NCBI GenBank assembly: GCA_022711495.1
Contig: JAKLEX010000001.1
Location: 151,058 to 215,057 of the forward strand
Direction of reading: 5' to 3'
DNA from: Patescibacteria group bacterium
GTDB lineage: Bacteria; Patescibacteriota; Minisyncoccia; Phycocordibacterales; JAACPR01
DNA: 64,000 nt
The notes below the pieces were generated by a model. The model made no database searches. It was not told where the DNA came from and saw only the letters and a list, made by a program, of their open reading frames with translations. The position numbers were made by a program, and so were the translations under genes. Positions 8,146 to 17,785 of this stretch are shown piece by piece. The first letter of the stretch is position 1. The number at the start of each line of letters is the position of its first letter.

Positions 8146-10320
8146 TCACTCAAAATGAATCTTGTCTCGCTCTGAAATTTCCTTAGCCAATTCCGGAGCC
8201 GATTTTAATTCCGGGTCCTTTTCAATTATCTCCTGCGCCTCTTTTTGCGCCGCCTCAACCATTTTTACGTTTTTTATAGCTTCCATGCCGACATCGGAAA
8301 TGCCCCACTGCTTCGCGCCGGTCAACTCGCCGGCTCCGCGGATTTGCAGATCAAGTTCGGCCAATTCAAAACCGTTTTTAGCCGTTTGTATCGCCCGCAA
8401 TCTTTTTATTGAATCTGGTTTAGGCGAATCGGTAAAGATAAAACAATAAGACTGGTAATTACTTCGCCAAACTCGTCCACGCAATTGATGTAACTGAGCT
8501 AAGCCGAATCGTTCCGCGCCCTCAATGACGATAATCGTGGCATTCGGCACGTTGACTCCGACTTCAACCACGGAAGTTGAGACCAAGACATCAATTTCGC
8601 CGTTTTCAAAATCTTTCATTACTTTTTCTTTATCTGCCGGCTTCATCTTGCCGTGAATTTCGGCGATTTCTAAATCAGGGAAAACTTTTTCACGCAAACG
8701 CTTCGCCTCGGCTTTGACCGATTTGGCGTAAAGCGCGCCGATTTTAGTTGAATCCGGCTCTTCAATTCTCGGGCAAATGATAAAAGCTTGTCGACCGGAC
8801 TTGATTTCTTTGTGAATTTTTTGGTAAACCTTTTCGCGCTCGTTTGGCAAGACAATTTCCGTGATAATCGGTTTCCTTCCGGCCGGCATTTGATCCAACA
8901 AGGTTAAATCCAGATCGCCATAAACCGTCAGCGACAAAGTCCGCGGAATCGGCGTGGCCGTCATGGACAAAAGGTGCGGTGTCGCCTCGTCTTTTTGCGC
9001 CAGATTTTTTCTTTGCCTTGTACCGAACCGATGTTGTTCGTCAATGATTACTAATCCCAGATGTTTAAACTTCACGCTTTTTGAAATTAGAGCGTGAGTT
9101 CCGACGACAATCGGAATTTCACCGTTTTCCACCCATTTGGCCAACTGCGAACGAGAAATTTTTGTCGCTTCCCTTGGCTTAATTTTAGAAGGGAATTTAT
9201 AACAAGCCGAACCAGTAATTAAGCCGACTTGAATTCCGCTACCGACGAAATATCGAACGAAATTCTCAAAATGTTGCTTGGCTAAAATTTCCGTTGGCAC
9301 CATGTAAGCCACCTGCAATCGGCCGGAAGAACGACCCTTGGGCGCGCATTTTATTACAGCGTAAACGGCCGCCGCCGCTACTGCTGTTTTTCCCGAGCCG
9401 ACATCGCCTTCAAGTAAACGCGACATCGGGAAATCTCTTTTCAGATCGGCCAAAATCGTGGCAATTGCTTTTTCCTGCGCCGAAGTCAGATCAAATGGGT
9501 ATTTATCGGTAAAAGTTTTCACTTCATCAGCGCCGGTTGGAATTTTGAAGGCCTTGGACTTTTTAATTTCGGTGCGCTGTTTCTGTTTTTGCAATTGAAT
9601 GTAAAAGATTTCCTCAAAAGCAAATCTTTTTCGCGCCGAAATAGCGTCCGCAAGCCTTTTGGGGGCGTGAATCCAGATCAGGGAAGTTTTCAGCGAAGGC
9701 AAATTATATTTTTGCAGAATTTCTGGTGGGATCGGATCTTTTATTTTTTCTAAAACGCCGGATTTTAAGATCTTTGAAACGGCGTGAAAAAACCAGTTGG
9801 AGGTGATTCCGTGAGATTCGGAATAAATCGGATGAAGCGGCAAGGCGCCACTCTCCGCGGTGGAAACATTTGAAAACAAGGAATTTTTCTCGCCAATTTC
9901 CGGAATATTTTGCACGCGCTCAATTTGCGGATTTGGGATTGAAAAGAGGTCGCCGGATTTTTTCTTGCTAACTGTGCCCTCGATTCGAACCAGTTCACCT
10001 TCATGAAACATCTTGGCTATATAGGGCTGACTGAACCAGATTAATTTGGCTGAACCATTATCGTCAGAAATCGTGGCCTTAGCAATCGGCCTTCTGCCGC
10101 GAAACGTTTTTCCAGTATCCAGCGATTTCAATCTGCCGTAAATTGTAACTTTTTTGCCAAAATCCAATTCGGCGATAGTCGCTTGTTCAAAATTTTCACC
10201 ATAACGATGCGGAAAATGAAAGAGAACGTCGGCAACGGTTTCAATTCCCAATTTTGCCAACGCCTTCTTTTGCGGAGACAAAAGCCGGAAGGTATCTTCA
10301 ACTTTATCAGTTAAGTTCAT
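8146..10320 (-). CDS. recG: ATP-dependent DNA helicase RecG
   Basis: 724 aa. Walker A GDVGSGKT, DEQHRFG helicase motif, N-terminal wedge region. Confidence 0.9.
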   Translation of the reverse strand: MNLTDKVEDTFRLLSPQKKALAKLGIETVADVLFHFPHRYGENFEQATIAELDFGKKVTIYGRLKSLDTGKTFRGRRPIAKATISDDNGSAKLIWFSQPYIAKMFHEGELVRIEGTVSKKKSGDLFSIPNPQIERVQNIPEIGEKNSLFSNVSTAESGALPLHPIYSESHGITSNWFFHAVSKILKSGVLEKIKDPIPPEILQKYNLPSLKTSLIWIHAPKRLADAISARKRFAFEEIFYIQLQKQKQRTEIKKSKAFKIPTGADEVKTFTDKYPFDLTSAQEKAIATILADLKRDFPMSRLLEGDVGSGKTAVAAAAVYAVIKCAPKGRSSGRLQVAYMVPTEILAKQHFENFVRYFVGSGIQVGLITGSACYKFPSKIKPREATKISRSQLAKWVENGEIPIVVGTHALISKSVKFKHLGLVIIDEQHRFGTRQRKNLAQKDEATPHLLSMTATPIPRTLSLTVYGDLDLTLLDQMPAGRKPIITEIVLPNEREKVYQKIHKEIKSGRQAFIICPRIEEPDSTKIGALYAKSVKAEAKRLREKVFPDLEIAEIHGKMKPADKEKVMKDFENGEIDVLVSTSVVEVGVNVPNATIIVIEGAERFGLAQLHQLRGRVWRSNYQSYCFIFTDSPKPDSIKRLRAIQTAKNGFELAELDLQIRGAGELTGAKQWGISDVGMEAIKNVKMVEAAQKEAQEIIEKDPELKSAPELAKEISERDKIHFE

Positions 10321-10396
10321 TTATTTTTTCGCAATATTTTTCATTTTTGCGAACTTTTAATTCCTGCGATTTTATGACGGATCACTCCCGAGCAAT

Positions 10397-10810
10397 CTAT
10401 TCAGTCGTCTGACCGTCAAAATCAGCTTCATTGGCCTCGGCCTCTTCTTTAGTCGTCCGAACAATTCCATCTTGATGGTGAGCAGGGGAGTAGATCGTAT
10501 AAAGTCGTAAGTTCTCTGAATCAGAAGTGTTGATGATGTTGTGTCGCGCTCCAGCTGGTACGACGATTGCTACTCCGTCGGAAACTTCGTAAGTATTGTC
10601 GTCTATGATGCACCGACCTTGTCCTGATTCAAATCGGAAAAACTGATCGTTTTCCTCATGAATTTCCGAACCAATTTCTTCCTTTGGTTTTAAACTCATC
10701 AAGACTAGCTGACTGTGCTTGCCGGTGTACAAAACTTTTCTAAAATTACCGTTTTCTAAAGTGTCTTTCTCAATATTGCCATGAAATCCTTTCATATTTT
10801 TTATTATCAT
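10397..10810 (-). CDS. Cupin-domain protein
   Basis: It has a cupin two-motif pattern (...HxH..E...G ... VPAGARHNIIN). Confidence 0.65.
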   Translation of the reverse strand: MIIKNMKGFHGNIEKDTLENGNFRKVLYTGKHSQLVLMSLKPKEEIGSEIHEENDQFFRFESGQGRCIIDDNTYEVSDGVAIVVPAGARHNIINTSDSENLRLYTIYSPAHHQDGIVRTTKEEAEANEADFDGQTTE

Positions 10811-10904
10811 TATTAATTATCAGAATTGTATGACATTTCAGCGTGTCCGACAAATAAAGAACAAATAAAAATCGCGCCCATATCTCAGGGCGCGATAGAG
10901 AGGC

Positions 10905-11168
10905 CTACCTCCTTACTTTGTTTGGCGGTGGGTAGTTGGTTGCAAACAAACTACCCAGTTCCACCACCTCCTTTTGAGGAACTGTTTTTGCCGGGATGCC
11001 CCACCTCGGCTTATTGCCAAGACGAATCTTTTTCTCTTCTAACGCGACCTGGTTCATCTGTCTTATGGACAGGAGCGCCAGTAAGATAAAGACCGCGATT
11101 CCTGCCCACCTAATAACCGGTTCACGGAAGACAACGCCGAACATCACCATTACAGTCATCAACACCAT
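10905..11168 (-). CDS. Small hydrophobic membrane protein (87 aa)
   Basis: ORF track. Its ATG immediately follows the TAG of the upstream small ORF (TAGATG), consistent with translational coupling. The block is GC-rich. Confidence 0.35.
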   Translation of the reverse strand: MVLMTVMVMFGVVFREPVIRWAGIAVFILLALLSIRQMNQVALEEKKIRLGNKPRWGIPAKTVPQKEVVELGSLFATNYPPPNKVRR

Positions 11169-11288
11169 CTAGATCGTAACCGTCACTGACCACATGAAGT
11201 CAACTCTGGAGGTTAACAAAAAAACCGCGATGACGGTGTTTATGACTGTTAATGCCCATACGACAAAGAACCTCAATCCCGTTGTCAT
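11169..11288 (-). CDS. Small membrane peptide (39 aa, MTTGLRFFVVWALTVINTVIAVFLLTSRVDFMWSVTVTI)
   Basis: Hand translation. It is below the 60 aa cut-off of the track, hydrophobic, and has a weak GAAAGG Shine-Dalgarno sequence. Confidence 0.3.
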   Translation of the reverse strand: MTTGLRFFVVWALTVINTVIAVFLLTSRVDFMWSVTVTI

Positions 11289-11430
11289 GTCAGCCTTTCT
11301 TTGTGGTTATAAGTCTCTAAGTGTAAGTATAATGAAAAATGATGATTCTGTCAAATAAAAGTTTGGGGAGAATCTTCGTCTGGACTCCCGTTCATTTATC
11401 TGATAGTTTGGCCCTAGAAAGGAGTACAAA

Positions 11431-11862
11431 ATGGAAATTACCTGGGAAGAAATCGCGCGGATTTTTAATGGTAAGAGATTGAGTTCCGTCAAAGGGGTGC
11501 ACAAACCCAGGGGTGTGGTTGAGATTGAGCAGGCCGTAGCTTCATTTTGCGGTCCGATAAGGAAGATTACTATTGATCGCGGTGAGGTGTGTTTTGACCT
11601 CATTTGGTGCGCGCGTCGCGCTTCTTGCACAAGCCGCTGGCAGGCCACGAAGACACGGGACGCGATAGTTCTTAACGCATCTTTGGCGAAAGTCACTGCT
11701 CCGCTGGAGGGATACATTCTCATTGAGAGTCCGGAAATTCGAGCCGGATGGATCTTTCTGGGGGCGGGTGAGGAAGATTGGCTGAAGCCCGAAGAGGTCG
11801 ATGGGCTTGATTTAAACAATCTTCCCAAACCGGAAGTCACGGAAACCGGAGAGGTCGGGTGA
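11431..11862 (+). CDS. Hypothetical protein (143 aa)
   Basis: AAGGAG 7 nt upstream of the ATG and a downstream intrinsic terminator. It is preferred over the overlapping minus-strand ORF, which is low-complexity. Confidence 0.5.
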   Translation: MEITWEEIARIFNGKRLSSVKGVHKPRGVVEIEQAVASFCGPIRKITIDRGEVCFDLIWCARRASCTSRWQATKTRDAIVLNASLAKVTAPLEGYILIESPEIRAGWIFLGAGEEDWLKPEEVDGLDLNNLPKPEVTETGEVG

Positions 11863-11888
11863 ACCTTCTCGGTTAGTCGAGTCTCGTT

Positions 11889-11929
11889 AACACCGAACGG
11901 AATTGTTTTCGTTCGGTGTTTTATTTTTA
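11889..11929 (+). terminator. Rho-independent terminator
   Basis: aacaccgaacg ... cgttcggtgtt stem followed by ttttatttttat. Confidence 0.55.
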
Positions 11930-11957
11930 TCTTTTGCCGTCTTATCCTTTTGCTATC

Positions 11958-12602
11958 TTATCTTTTGTAGCCGGCCAGCTCTCTCAGACGTTTTTCGGAA
12001 TATTGAAAATTCGGATCAACTACGGCCGCAACATAAAAGTGAGGATAGATCGGATCAAGCAAGTGGTCAACAATTTTATTGGCGAAATGAAAACCGCGTG
12101 CGGTGATTAATTTCCAGCCACTTCTTTCAATTGTTTTTATGAGTGTGCCGCGAGTGAAGAAATTGATGTGGGCGTCAGCCAGACTGCCGCGGAACTTTTT
12201 TACGTGCAGAAGAGAAACGATTTTCGGAATACAAGGGACGCCGAGTATCAAAAGACCGTTCGGTTTTAAATATTTTTTGATTCGGCAAAGAAAATCGTGT
12301 GGCGAGTATAGATGTTCAAATAAATTATTGGCAAAAATGACATCATATTTTTCGTTCAAGACAAAATCGCTCGCCTCAATATTACCCAAGCGAATATCCA
12401 GCCCCCGTTCTCTTCCAAATCGAGACTCTTCCGGGTTAATCGTTACGCCGGCGCTTCCTTTTCCAAATTTGGCGAGAAATTCTCCGTATGAACATCCGAT
12501 ATCAAGGACGGCTTTCTTGTCCAAGCCAAAAGCGCGGACGACATTTTGAAATGTTTTTGATTTGGCTGTGTTTTCAAATCGTTTTTCAATTTTTGGATCC
12601 AT
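11958..12602 (-). CDS. Class I SAM-dependent methyltransferase
   Basis: Motif I VLDIGCSYGEF and a Rossmann-fold MTase pattern. Confidence 0.75.
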   Translation of the reverse strand: MDPKIEKRFENTAKSKTFQNVVRAFGLDKKAVLDIGCSYGEFLAKFGKGSAGVTINPEESRFGRERGLDIRLGNIEASDFVLNEKYDVIFANNLFEHLYSPHDFLCRIKKYLKPNGLLILGVPCIPKIVSLLHVKKFRGSLADAHINFFTRGTLIKTIERSGWKLITARGFHFANKIVDHLLDPIYPHFYVAAVVDPNFQYSEKRLRELAGYKR

Positions 12603-12703
12603 AGATGTAGATTAGCCAGATGTGCGGGTTGATTATCTGCGTGCGCAAGTGTTATAGGGATATTTTAGCATTTTTTTCGGGGCGAAACTCACTCTCAGAA
12701 CAC

Positions 12704-12731
12704 TTGCCTTTTTCTTACATCGTGATATAAT
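12704..12731 (+). promoter_or_regulatory. Promoter TTGCCT-N16-TGaTATAAT (extended -10)
   Basis: ttgcct (12704-12709), a 16 nt spacer, then tg-a-tataat (12723-12731). It lies 55 nt upstream of the 12787 operon. Confidence 0.4.
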
Positions 12732-12786
12732 GCTGTTGGATTCAATTTAGGCTCTTCAACAACAATGCAACAACAAGGAGGGTGCA

Positions 12787-13392
12787 ATGTCTGCACTATT
12801 TTCATTTCTTTCGGCAGTCTTCATGATTGCTGTCTTTGTCCTGTATTTCAAACAAGTTCATAACAGTGATTCAACGCCGAATCCAGCCACCTGGTTGGTT
12901 TGGATCATAGTAATGTCAATAAACACAGCGACTTACTATTTCGTCTCTGACGGGAAGCTGCTGTCTATCGTGACACCATTGGTTACCATCATCGGTATGG
13001 TAGTGATCATGGTATATGCTACGAAAGTAGGACGAATGGGAAAGATCGGGCGCGTCGATACAGTTTGCTTTATCTTAGCGATCGTCGTTGGGATATTCTG
13101 GCAAATCAGTAAAGACAGTCTGATCTCGAACCTGATGATGCAAGTTGTGTTTATGATCAGCTACATACCGACGATTGTCGGGTTGGCACGAGGCAGGTTG
13201 AAAGAAAAAGCTTTGGCCTGGAACATGGCTGTAGCTTCGTACTTCTTTCTGATTCTCTCCATTCTCTCTGGTGAGAGGTGGACGATGGCGGAACTGATTT
13301 ATCCGACGATTAACGGATTGATCGGAAACGGTAGTATCCCATTGATACTGTGGTGGAAGAAAATGAAAGGAGGTAAGAATGCCAAACATTGA
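12787..13392 (+). CDS. Hypothetical polytopic membrane protein (201 aa)
   Basis: AAGGAGGG Shine-Dalgarno sequence and about 6 predicted hydrophobic helices. Confidence 0.55.
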   Translation: MSALFSFLSAVFMIAVFVLYFKQVHNSDSTPNPATWLVWIIVMSINTATYYFVSDGKLLSIVTPLVTIIGMVVIMVYATKVGRMGKIGRVDTVCFILAIVVGIFWQISKDSLISNLMMQVVFMISYIPTIVGLARGRLKEKALAWNMAVASYFFLILSILSGERWTMAELIYPTINGLIGNGSIPLILWWKKMKGGKNAKH

Positions 13393-13672
13393 GATTCATG
13401 GATTCAGAGACGGGGGACAGATCGCCGCCGAAATTCGTGCCCTGATAAGCGCGCGCATTCCTGAAGTAAAGGATGACTTCGTCACAACGGTTGTGCCGTC
13501 TAAGGTTACGAACTGGAGCGTTATTTCTCGTCCGTTTATTCGGGTGGCCAGCACAAACAAGAAGGATCTGGCCCGTGTCGCCCGCCGAATCAACCTAGAG
13601 CTTGGTCTTGATGTGGAGTGGCTCTTACTCGGCGCCTTCTTTGAAGGAAAAACCGGGTCCTGGCGTCGGTAA
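13379..13672 (+). CDS. Hypothetical protein (97 aa), overlapping and translationally coupled to the upstream membrane protein
   Basis: AAGGAGG before the ATG. It overlaps the upstream stop by 14 nt, and a terminator follows. Confidence 0.5.
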   Translation: MPNIEIHGFRDGGQIAAEIRALISARIPEVKDDFVTTVVPSKVTNWSVISRPFIRVASTNKKDLARVARRINLELGLDVEWLLLGAFFEGKTGSWRR

Positions 13673-13680
13673 ACCGACAC

Positions 13681-13713
13681 AAAGCGCGTCAGCAATGGCG
13701 CGCTTTTTTATTT
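13681..13713 (+). terminator. Rho-independent terminator
   Basis: aaagcgcg ... cgcgcttt stem followed by ttttttattt. Confidence 0.55.
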
Positions 13714-13915
13714 CCAATTTTGGCGGTGTATTCTTAAAATAGCTCGAACTGAATTTCCTCGCCGCGCTCCGCGCGGCTCGGATTGGGCGGGCGGGCAAAA
13801 ATGAGTGGCTCCGCCGCGAAAATTAACGATTTCAAGTTTTTCTTTGGCGGCAAATTCTTTTCGAGAAAAATGCTCTTTAACAAGACGAGAAATAGTTACT
13901 AACCGATAGTCGTGC

Positions 13916-14593
13916 TTATTCCTGATATGGTTCAGAAATTTTGGTTACGACATTACTTTTGACATCAATAGTTACAAATGCTTTCGGAGCTTTGAAAGGC
14001 GGTGTGTAGGTCGTAAATGTTGCCATAGCCGAAACTGCGTCCTTAAGTTTACTAAACGTAATTGATAAATTCATGCCGTATGGGTTGGGAAGTTGCGTAT
14101 TATCCAATTTATTTATTTCGGCTGAAATTTCACCATTCACTACGATACTAGCCGAAGGAGACACCTCAAATGTTCTGACAAGAGGATTCTGATTTCGCTT
14201 ATATCCATTCGGGTAATCATAACATTCGCTTGCACTGACACATTTTCCGTCCTCAACTTGTGCTTGTATGGAAGCATTGCCATGGAGCCATTCAACGTAA
14301 TCAACGTCAATATAATTTTTTTCATTCTTCGAGTATGCGGCTATAAGATATGCCGGTTGAGCAGTAATATCTTTCTCGGTTGCAGGTGTTTCGTTAGCTG
14401 ATTGTGCCTGTGAAGTTGTTGGTATGTTAGTAGGCGCTTGCGTTTGTGAGGAAGTGGTTGGTGTTTGATTGTTGGTCAATGGCAAAGGTTGATTATTTGG
14501 TTCTGGTTTGCGCAAAACAAAGTAGACAACTACCCCAGCAAGAACAACGACCAAAATTACTAAAGCTATGTTTATAAATCCTTTTTTGTTCAT
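13916..14593 (-). CDS. Membrane-anchored extracytoplasmic protein with a Thr/Ser/Pro/Gln-rich linker
   Basis: N-terminal TM (INIALVILVVVLAGVVVYFVL), a low-complexity linker, then a C-terminal globular domain. Confidence 0.5.
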   Translation of the reverse strand: MNKKGFINIALVILVVVLAGVVVYFVLRKPEPNNQPLPLTNNQTPTTSSQTQAPTNIPTTSQAQSANETPATEKDITAQPAYLIAAYSKNEKNYIDVDYVEWLHGNASIQAQVEDGKCVSASECYDYPNGYKRNQNPLVRTFEVSPSASIVVNGEISAEINKLDNTQLPNPYGMNLSITFSKLKDAVSAMATFTTYTPPFKAPKAFVTIDVKSNVVTKISEPYQE

Positions 14594-14765
14594 AGAATTG
14601 TTATTTTATTAAAATTTATTTTTTCGACTTTATGATTAAAAAATTTCTTTTGCCCTTACCAAATATGGTTCGAGCCGACTTGTTTTCAGGTTCTTTGGCA
14701 GTTTGGAATTTTCGCGGCGGCAAAGCCGCCGCGAGGCAACAGTTGTTGGCTTGCAAAATCCTAAC

Positions 14766-14856
14766 TGGCGGAGAGTGTGGGATTCGAACCCACGAGGGCT
14801 TTTAGACCCTACCTCGTTAGCAGTGAGGCGCTTTCGGCCAGCTCAGCCAACTCTCC
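14766..14856 (-). tRNA. tRNA-Ser (anticodon GCU), CCA encoded
   Basis: GGAGAGU acceptor stem, long variable arm, anticodon loop CUGCUAA, T-arm GGUUCGAAUCC, 3' CCA present. Confidence 0.8.
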
Positions 14857-14909
14857 AAAACCTTCAGAATAGTCTATAATAAACATAATTACTCTTAAAG
14901 TCCAAAAGT

Positions 14910-15203
14910 ATGAACAAAATACTTACAAACGAATTGGTTTTCAATATTACCGGCAACGAGAATCTGGATATGATTCTTTTCATTTTGATTCTGATCTGGG
15001 TTCTGGCCTGGAAGGGGAAGGCCCTTTGGATCGCCGCCAAAAAAGATTCAATAAAATGGTTTGTCGCGCTGTTGGTTTTTCAAACCATGGGCATCTTGGA
15101 CATTTTGTATATTTTCTTTTTCAGCAAAGACAGAGAATCGTCGGACACCATCAACGACGGAGAAAATCTGGCTTCTGATACCTCTGTCAGTGAGCCACAG
15201 TAA
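14910..15203 (+). CDS. Small membrane protein (97 aa, two hydrophobic helices)
   Basis: ORF track; hydrophobic segments. Confidence 0.4.
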   Translation: MNKILTNELVFNITGNENLDMILFILILIWVLAWKGKALWIAAKKDSIKWFVALLVFQTMGILDILYIFFFSKDRESSDTINDGENLASDTSVSEPQ

Positions 15204-15909
15204 AATATCTGATATTTGCCGGTTCGCATTGTAAAATGATTTCTCCCAACGCGTTTAAGGTTGCGCCGGTTGTGTAAACGTCGTCCAAGACGATTATTTC
15301 CCGCTTGATTATTTTTCTTCTATCGGTTACCGCGAAAACGCCTTCTAGATTTTTAATTCGCTCCTTTTTGTCGCTCCACGATTGTTTTTGTTTGTAGATG
15401 ACCCTATGAATCAAGTTTGGCTCGTATTGCAAAAAACGGCCGGCATCAAGTTCCATTATTTTTTCGCACAGCCATTCGCACTGATTGAACCCGCGCTCTT
15501 TTCGCCGTTTCTGATGAATTGGAACAGGAATTAAAATCCGCCGCGGCATATTGTTTGAACGCGTGCCCGAACGCGCGCCCAAACATGCGCCCGGACCTCC
15601 GCTTGAAATCTCTTCAATAATTCTCTTATATAAAAATTCTCCGCAAATCTCAGCATATTTTCTCTGACCACGGAATTTTATCTGCCATAACATTTCTTTA
15701 ACCAGCGGATCCTTATATTTTAAGATTGATTTTAAGTTTAATCGTGGCCCATTCCCACATTGCGGAAAATTCTTTTCCCACTTAGCGCATCTGGCGAAAA
15801 TTTCTCCCGAACTAAGTGATTCAAGCTCTCGCAAGGTTTCAGACGGCGGAAACAGCAAATCCAGCACTATTTTAATGATTTTTTTCATAAGGGTATGGTA
15901 TAATTCCAA
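15187..15909 (-). CDS. comFC: Competence protein ComF-family phosphoribosyltransferase
   Basis: C-terminal PRTase motif IIVLDDVYTTGATL and an N-terminal Cys cluster. It lies next to the pilus genes. Confidence 0.7.
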   Translation of the reverse strand: MELYHTLMKKIIKIVLDLLFPPSETLRELESLSSGEIFARCAKWEKNFPQCGNGPRLNLKSILKYKDPLVKEMLWQIKFRGQRKYAEICGEFLYKRIIEEISSGGPGACLGARSGTRSNNMPRRILIPVPIHQKRRKERGFNQCEWLCEKIMELDAGRFLQYEPNLIHRVIYKQKQSWSDKKERIKNLEGVFAVTDRRKIIKREIIVLDDVYTTGATLNALGEIILQCEPANIRYFTVAH

Positions 15910-15918
15910 AGACAGATT

Positions 15919-17025
15919 ATGGGTAGCCCGCTTGATAATTTCTTAAATATTTTTTCAAAAAAAGCTGAAGACAGCGCTGTCGGCATAGACATTGGCTCTT
16001 CTTCTATTAAAGTCGTAGAGATAAAGAAGCGAAAAGACCGCGCGGTTCTTCATACTTACGGGGAAATCTCTCTCGGTCCATATGCCGGTGTGGAAGTCGG
16101 ACGAGCCACGAAACTTCAGCCGACCCAGATCGTTCAAGCGCTTAGTGATGTTTTAAAAGAAGCCAATGTTTCAACTCGCGTTGGCGCCATTTCAATCCCA
16201 ATGCGCTCCAGCATGGTGGCGATTTTCCAAATGCCGGTTATGGACGGCAAACAGTTAGCGCAAATGATTCCAATAGAAGCTCGCAAATACATTCCAGTCC
16301 CAATTGGTGAAGTTTCTCTGGATTGGTTTGTCATCCCTAAAAATCCCAATGACGAGACCGATGACAAACAACGCAAGTTTGTGGAAGTCATGGTTGTCGC
16401 CATTCACAACGATGTTTTGTCCGATTACAGCAACATCGCTTCAACCGCACAACTTCAAACTTCCTTTTTTGAAGTGGAAATGTTTTCAACCATCCGCGCG
16501 GTGGTTGATTCAACTGACAGCGCGCCGGTTATGATCATTGACATCGGCGCTTCGGCTACAAAAGTTTATATCGCCGAACGAGGTGTCGTTCGAGATTCAC
16601 ACTATATCAATCGCGGTTCACAAGAAGTTACTCTAAATGTCGCGCAAGCTCTCGGTATTAATGTTGATTTTGCCGAAAAGCTGAAAAGAAATTACGGGTT
16701 CAATGAACCAAAACAAGATCAACTTCTCAAAGAATCCATTGATTGGGTTTTTGATCCGGTTTTTTCCGAGATTAAAGAGATCCTTTTGGACTTTCAGAGA
16801 AAGAATAACAAGATCGTCTCCCGCGCGGTTATTGTCGGTGGCGGTGCGCTGTTGAACGGCCTGGCCCTAAAAGCCCAGAGCAAGATTGAAATTGAGACGG
16901 TCAACGGCGACCCGTTTTCAAAAGTAGAATCGCCGGCCTTTTTGGCGGATGTTCTACGACAAACCGGAGCGAGTTTTACCGCCGCGATTGGGTTGGCCCT
17001 TCGTAAATTGCAGGAGATGGGTTAA
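15919..17025 (+). CDS. pilM: Type IV pilus assembly protein PilM (actin-like ATPase fold)
   Basis: GIDIGSSSIKVVE and ...IIDIGAS... motifs typical of PilM/FtsA-like proteins. Confidence 0.8.
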   Translation: MGSPLDNFLNIFSKKAEDSAVGIDIGSSSIKVVEIKKRKDRAVLHTYGEISLGPYAGVEVGRATKLQPTQIVQALSDVLKEANVSTRVGAISIPMRSSMVAIFQMPVMDGKQLAQMIPIEARKYIPVPIGEVSLDWFVIPKNPNDETDDKQRKFVEVMVVAIHNDVLSDYSNIASTAQLQTSFFEVEMFSTIRAVVDSTDSAPVMIIDIGASATKVYIAERGVVRDSHYINRGSQEVTLNVAQALGINVDFAEKLKRNYGFNEPKQDQLLKESIDWVFDPVFSEIKEILLDFQRKNNKIVSRAVIVGGGALLNGLALKAQSKIEIETVNGDPFSKVESPAFLADVLRQTGASFTAAIGLALRKLQEMG

Positions 17026-17091
17026 ATCCACAAGTGATGGCCGCTAATTTCCTTGCTTGGGAAATATATAGTATAATTAATCGCAAAGCAC

Positions 17092-17775
17092 ATGACTGAT
17101 CAAAATTTTAAAACATCTTTCATTCCGTCAAAACCAATCCAGCCGGTAAGTCGCGGCGGAGGGTTGGGAAGAGGACACGGCAGTTTGCCGAATGTTGTCA
17201 CCCTGATCATCTTTTTATTATCAATAGTCACTTCTGGCGTGGTTTTCGGATACAGAGTATTTTTGGAGAAGCAAGTCGCTGGTCAAATCGCTCAACTTGA
17301 AACCGTCAGAAAGACGCTGGATTCTCCGCTGGTTAATGAGGCCGATCGTCTTAATACTCGGATTGAGTCAGTCAAAAATTTGTTGCAAGATCACTTAGCT
17401 CCGTCGGAAATATTTAACCTCTTGGAACAATCAACTTTGAAGACTGTTCAATTCAGAAACATGACCTACACCGCCGAATCAGACGGCACGATTAAAATTA
17501 GCGCGAACGGTGTTGCCAGCGGTTATGAGGCGATTGTTTTGCAATCGGAGCAATACGGCAAGACGGGATATCTTCGCGACGTGCTGTTTACCAATCTTCA
17601 ACCAGCTCAGCAGGGTGGAGGAGTTACTTTCAGTCTGGCCGCGGCGTTAGATAAAAGCTTGGTTTTGTACAAGAGCAGGATAAAAAGAGAAAGTGGTTCG
17701 GTTGAGGAAACAAATTCCGATGAGCCCGATTCGGGTGACAGTTTTGAATTCCCGTCCGGCTCGCCAACCCAATAA
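17092..17775 (+). CDS. pilN: PilN-like pilus assembly protein
   Basis: Single TM after a short N-terminus, a coiled-coil periplasmic part, and its position after pilM. Confidence 0.55.
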   Translation: MTDQNFKTSFIPSKPIQPVSRGGGLGRGHGSLPNVVTLIIFLLSIVTSGVVFGYRVFLEKQVAGQIAQLETVRKTLDSPLVNEADRLNTRIESVKNLLQDHLAPSEIFNLLEQSTLKTVQFRNMTYTAESDGTIKISANGVASGYEAIVLQSEQYGKTGYLRDVLFTNLQPAQQGGGVTFSLAAALDKSLVLYKSRIKRESGSVEETNSDEPDSGDSFEFPSGSPTQ

Positions 17776-17785
17776 TTAAGACACC

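Noticed and set aside
7790-8149. 119 aa minus-strand ORF across the ftsH 3' end and the tRNA.
   Set aside because: It contains the classic tRNA-derived pseudo-peptide (AQLVERRAYTSVVLGSSPS) and is a translation artefact of the tRNA-Ile gene.
10905-11288. An in-frame TAG joins a 39 aa and an 87 aa hydrophobic ORF. I considered stop-codon read-through or recoding.
   Set aside because: TAG-ATG adjacency is a normal translational-coupling arrangement. The genome clearly uses standard stops (TAA, TAG and TGA all terminate well-supported genes; rpiB ends in TGA). A disrupted single gene remains possible, but there is no evidence for recoding.
11307-11840. 177 aa minus-strand ORF overlapping the 11431-11862 plus-strand ORF.
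   Set aside because: It is a Ser/Pro-rich low-complexity translation with no Shine-Dalgarno sequence. The plus-strand ORF has AAGGAG and a downstream intrinsic terminator.
14712-14735. GC hairpin cgcggcgg-caaa-gccgccgcg downstream of tRNA-Ser.
   Set aside because: There is no U-tract on either strand. It may be a processing or stability hairpin, but it cannot be called a terminator.
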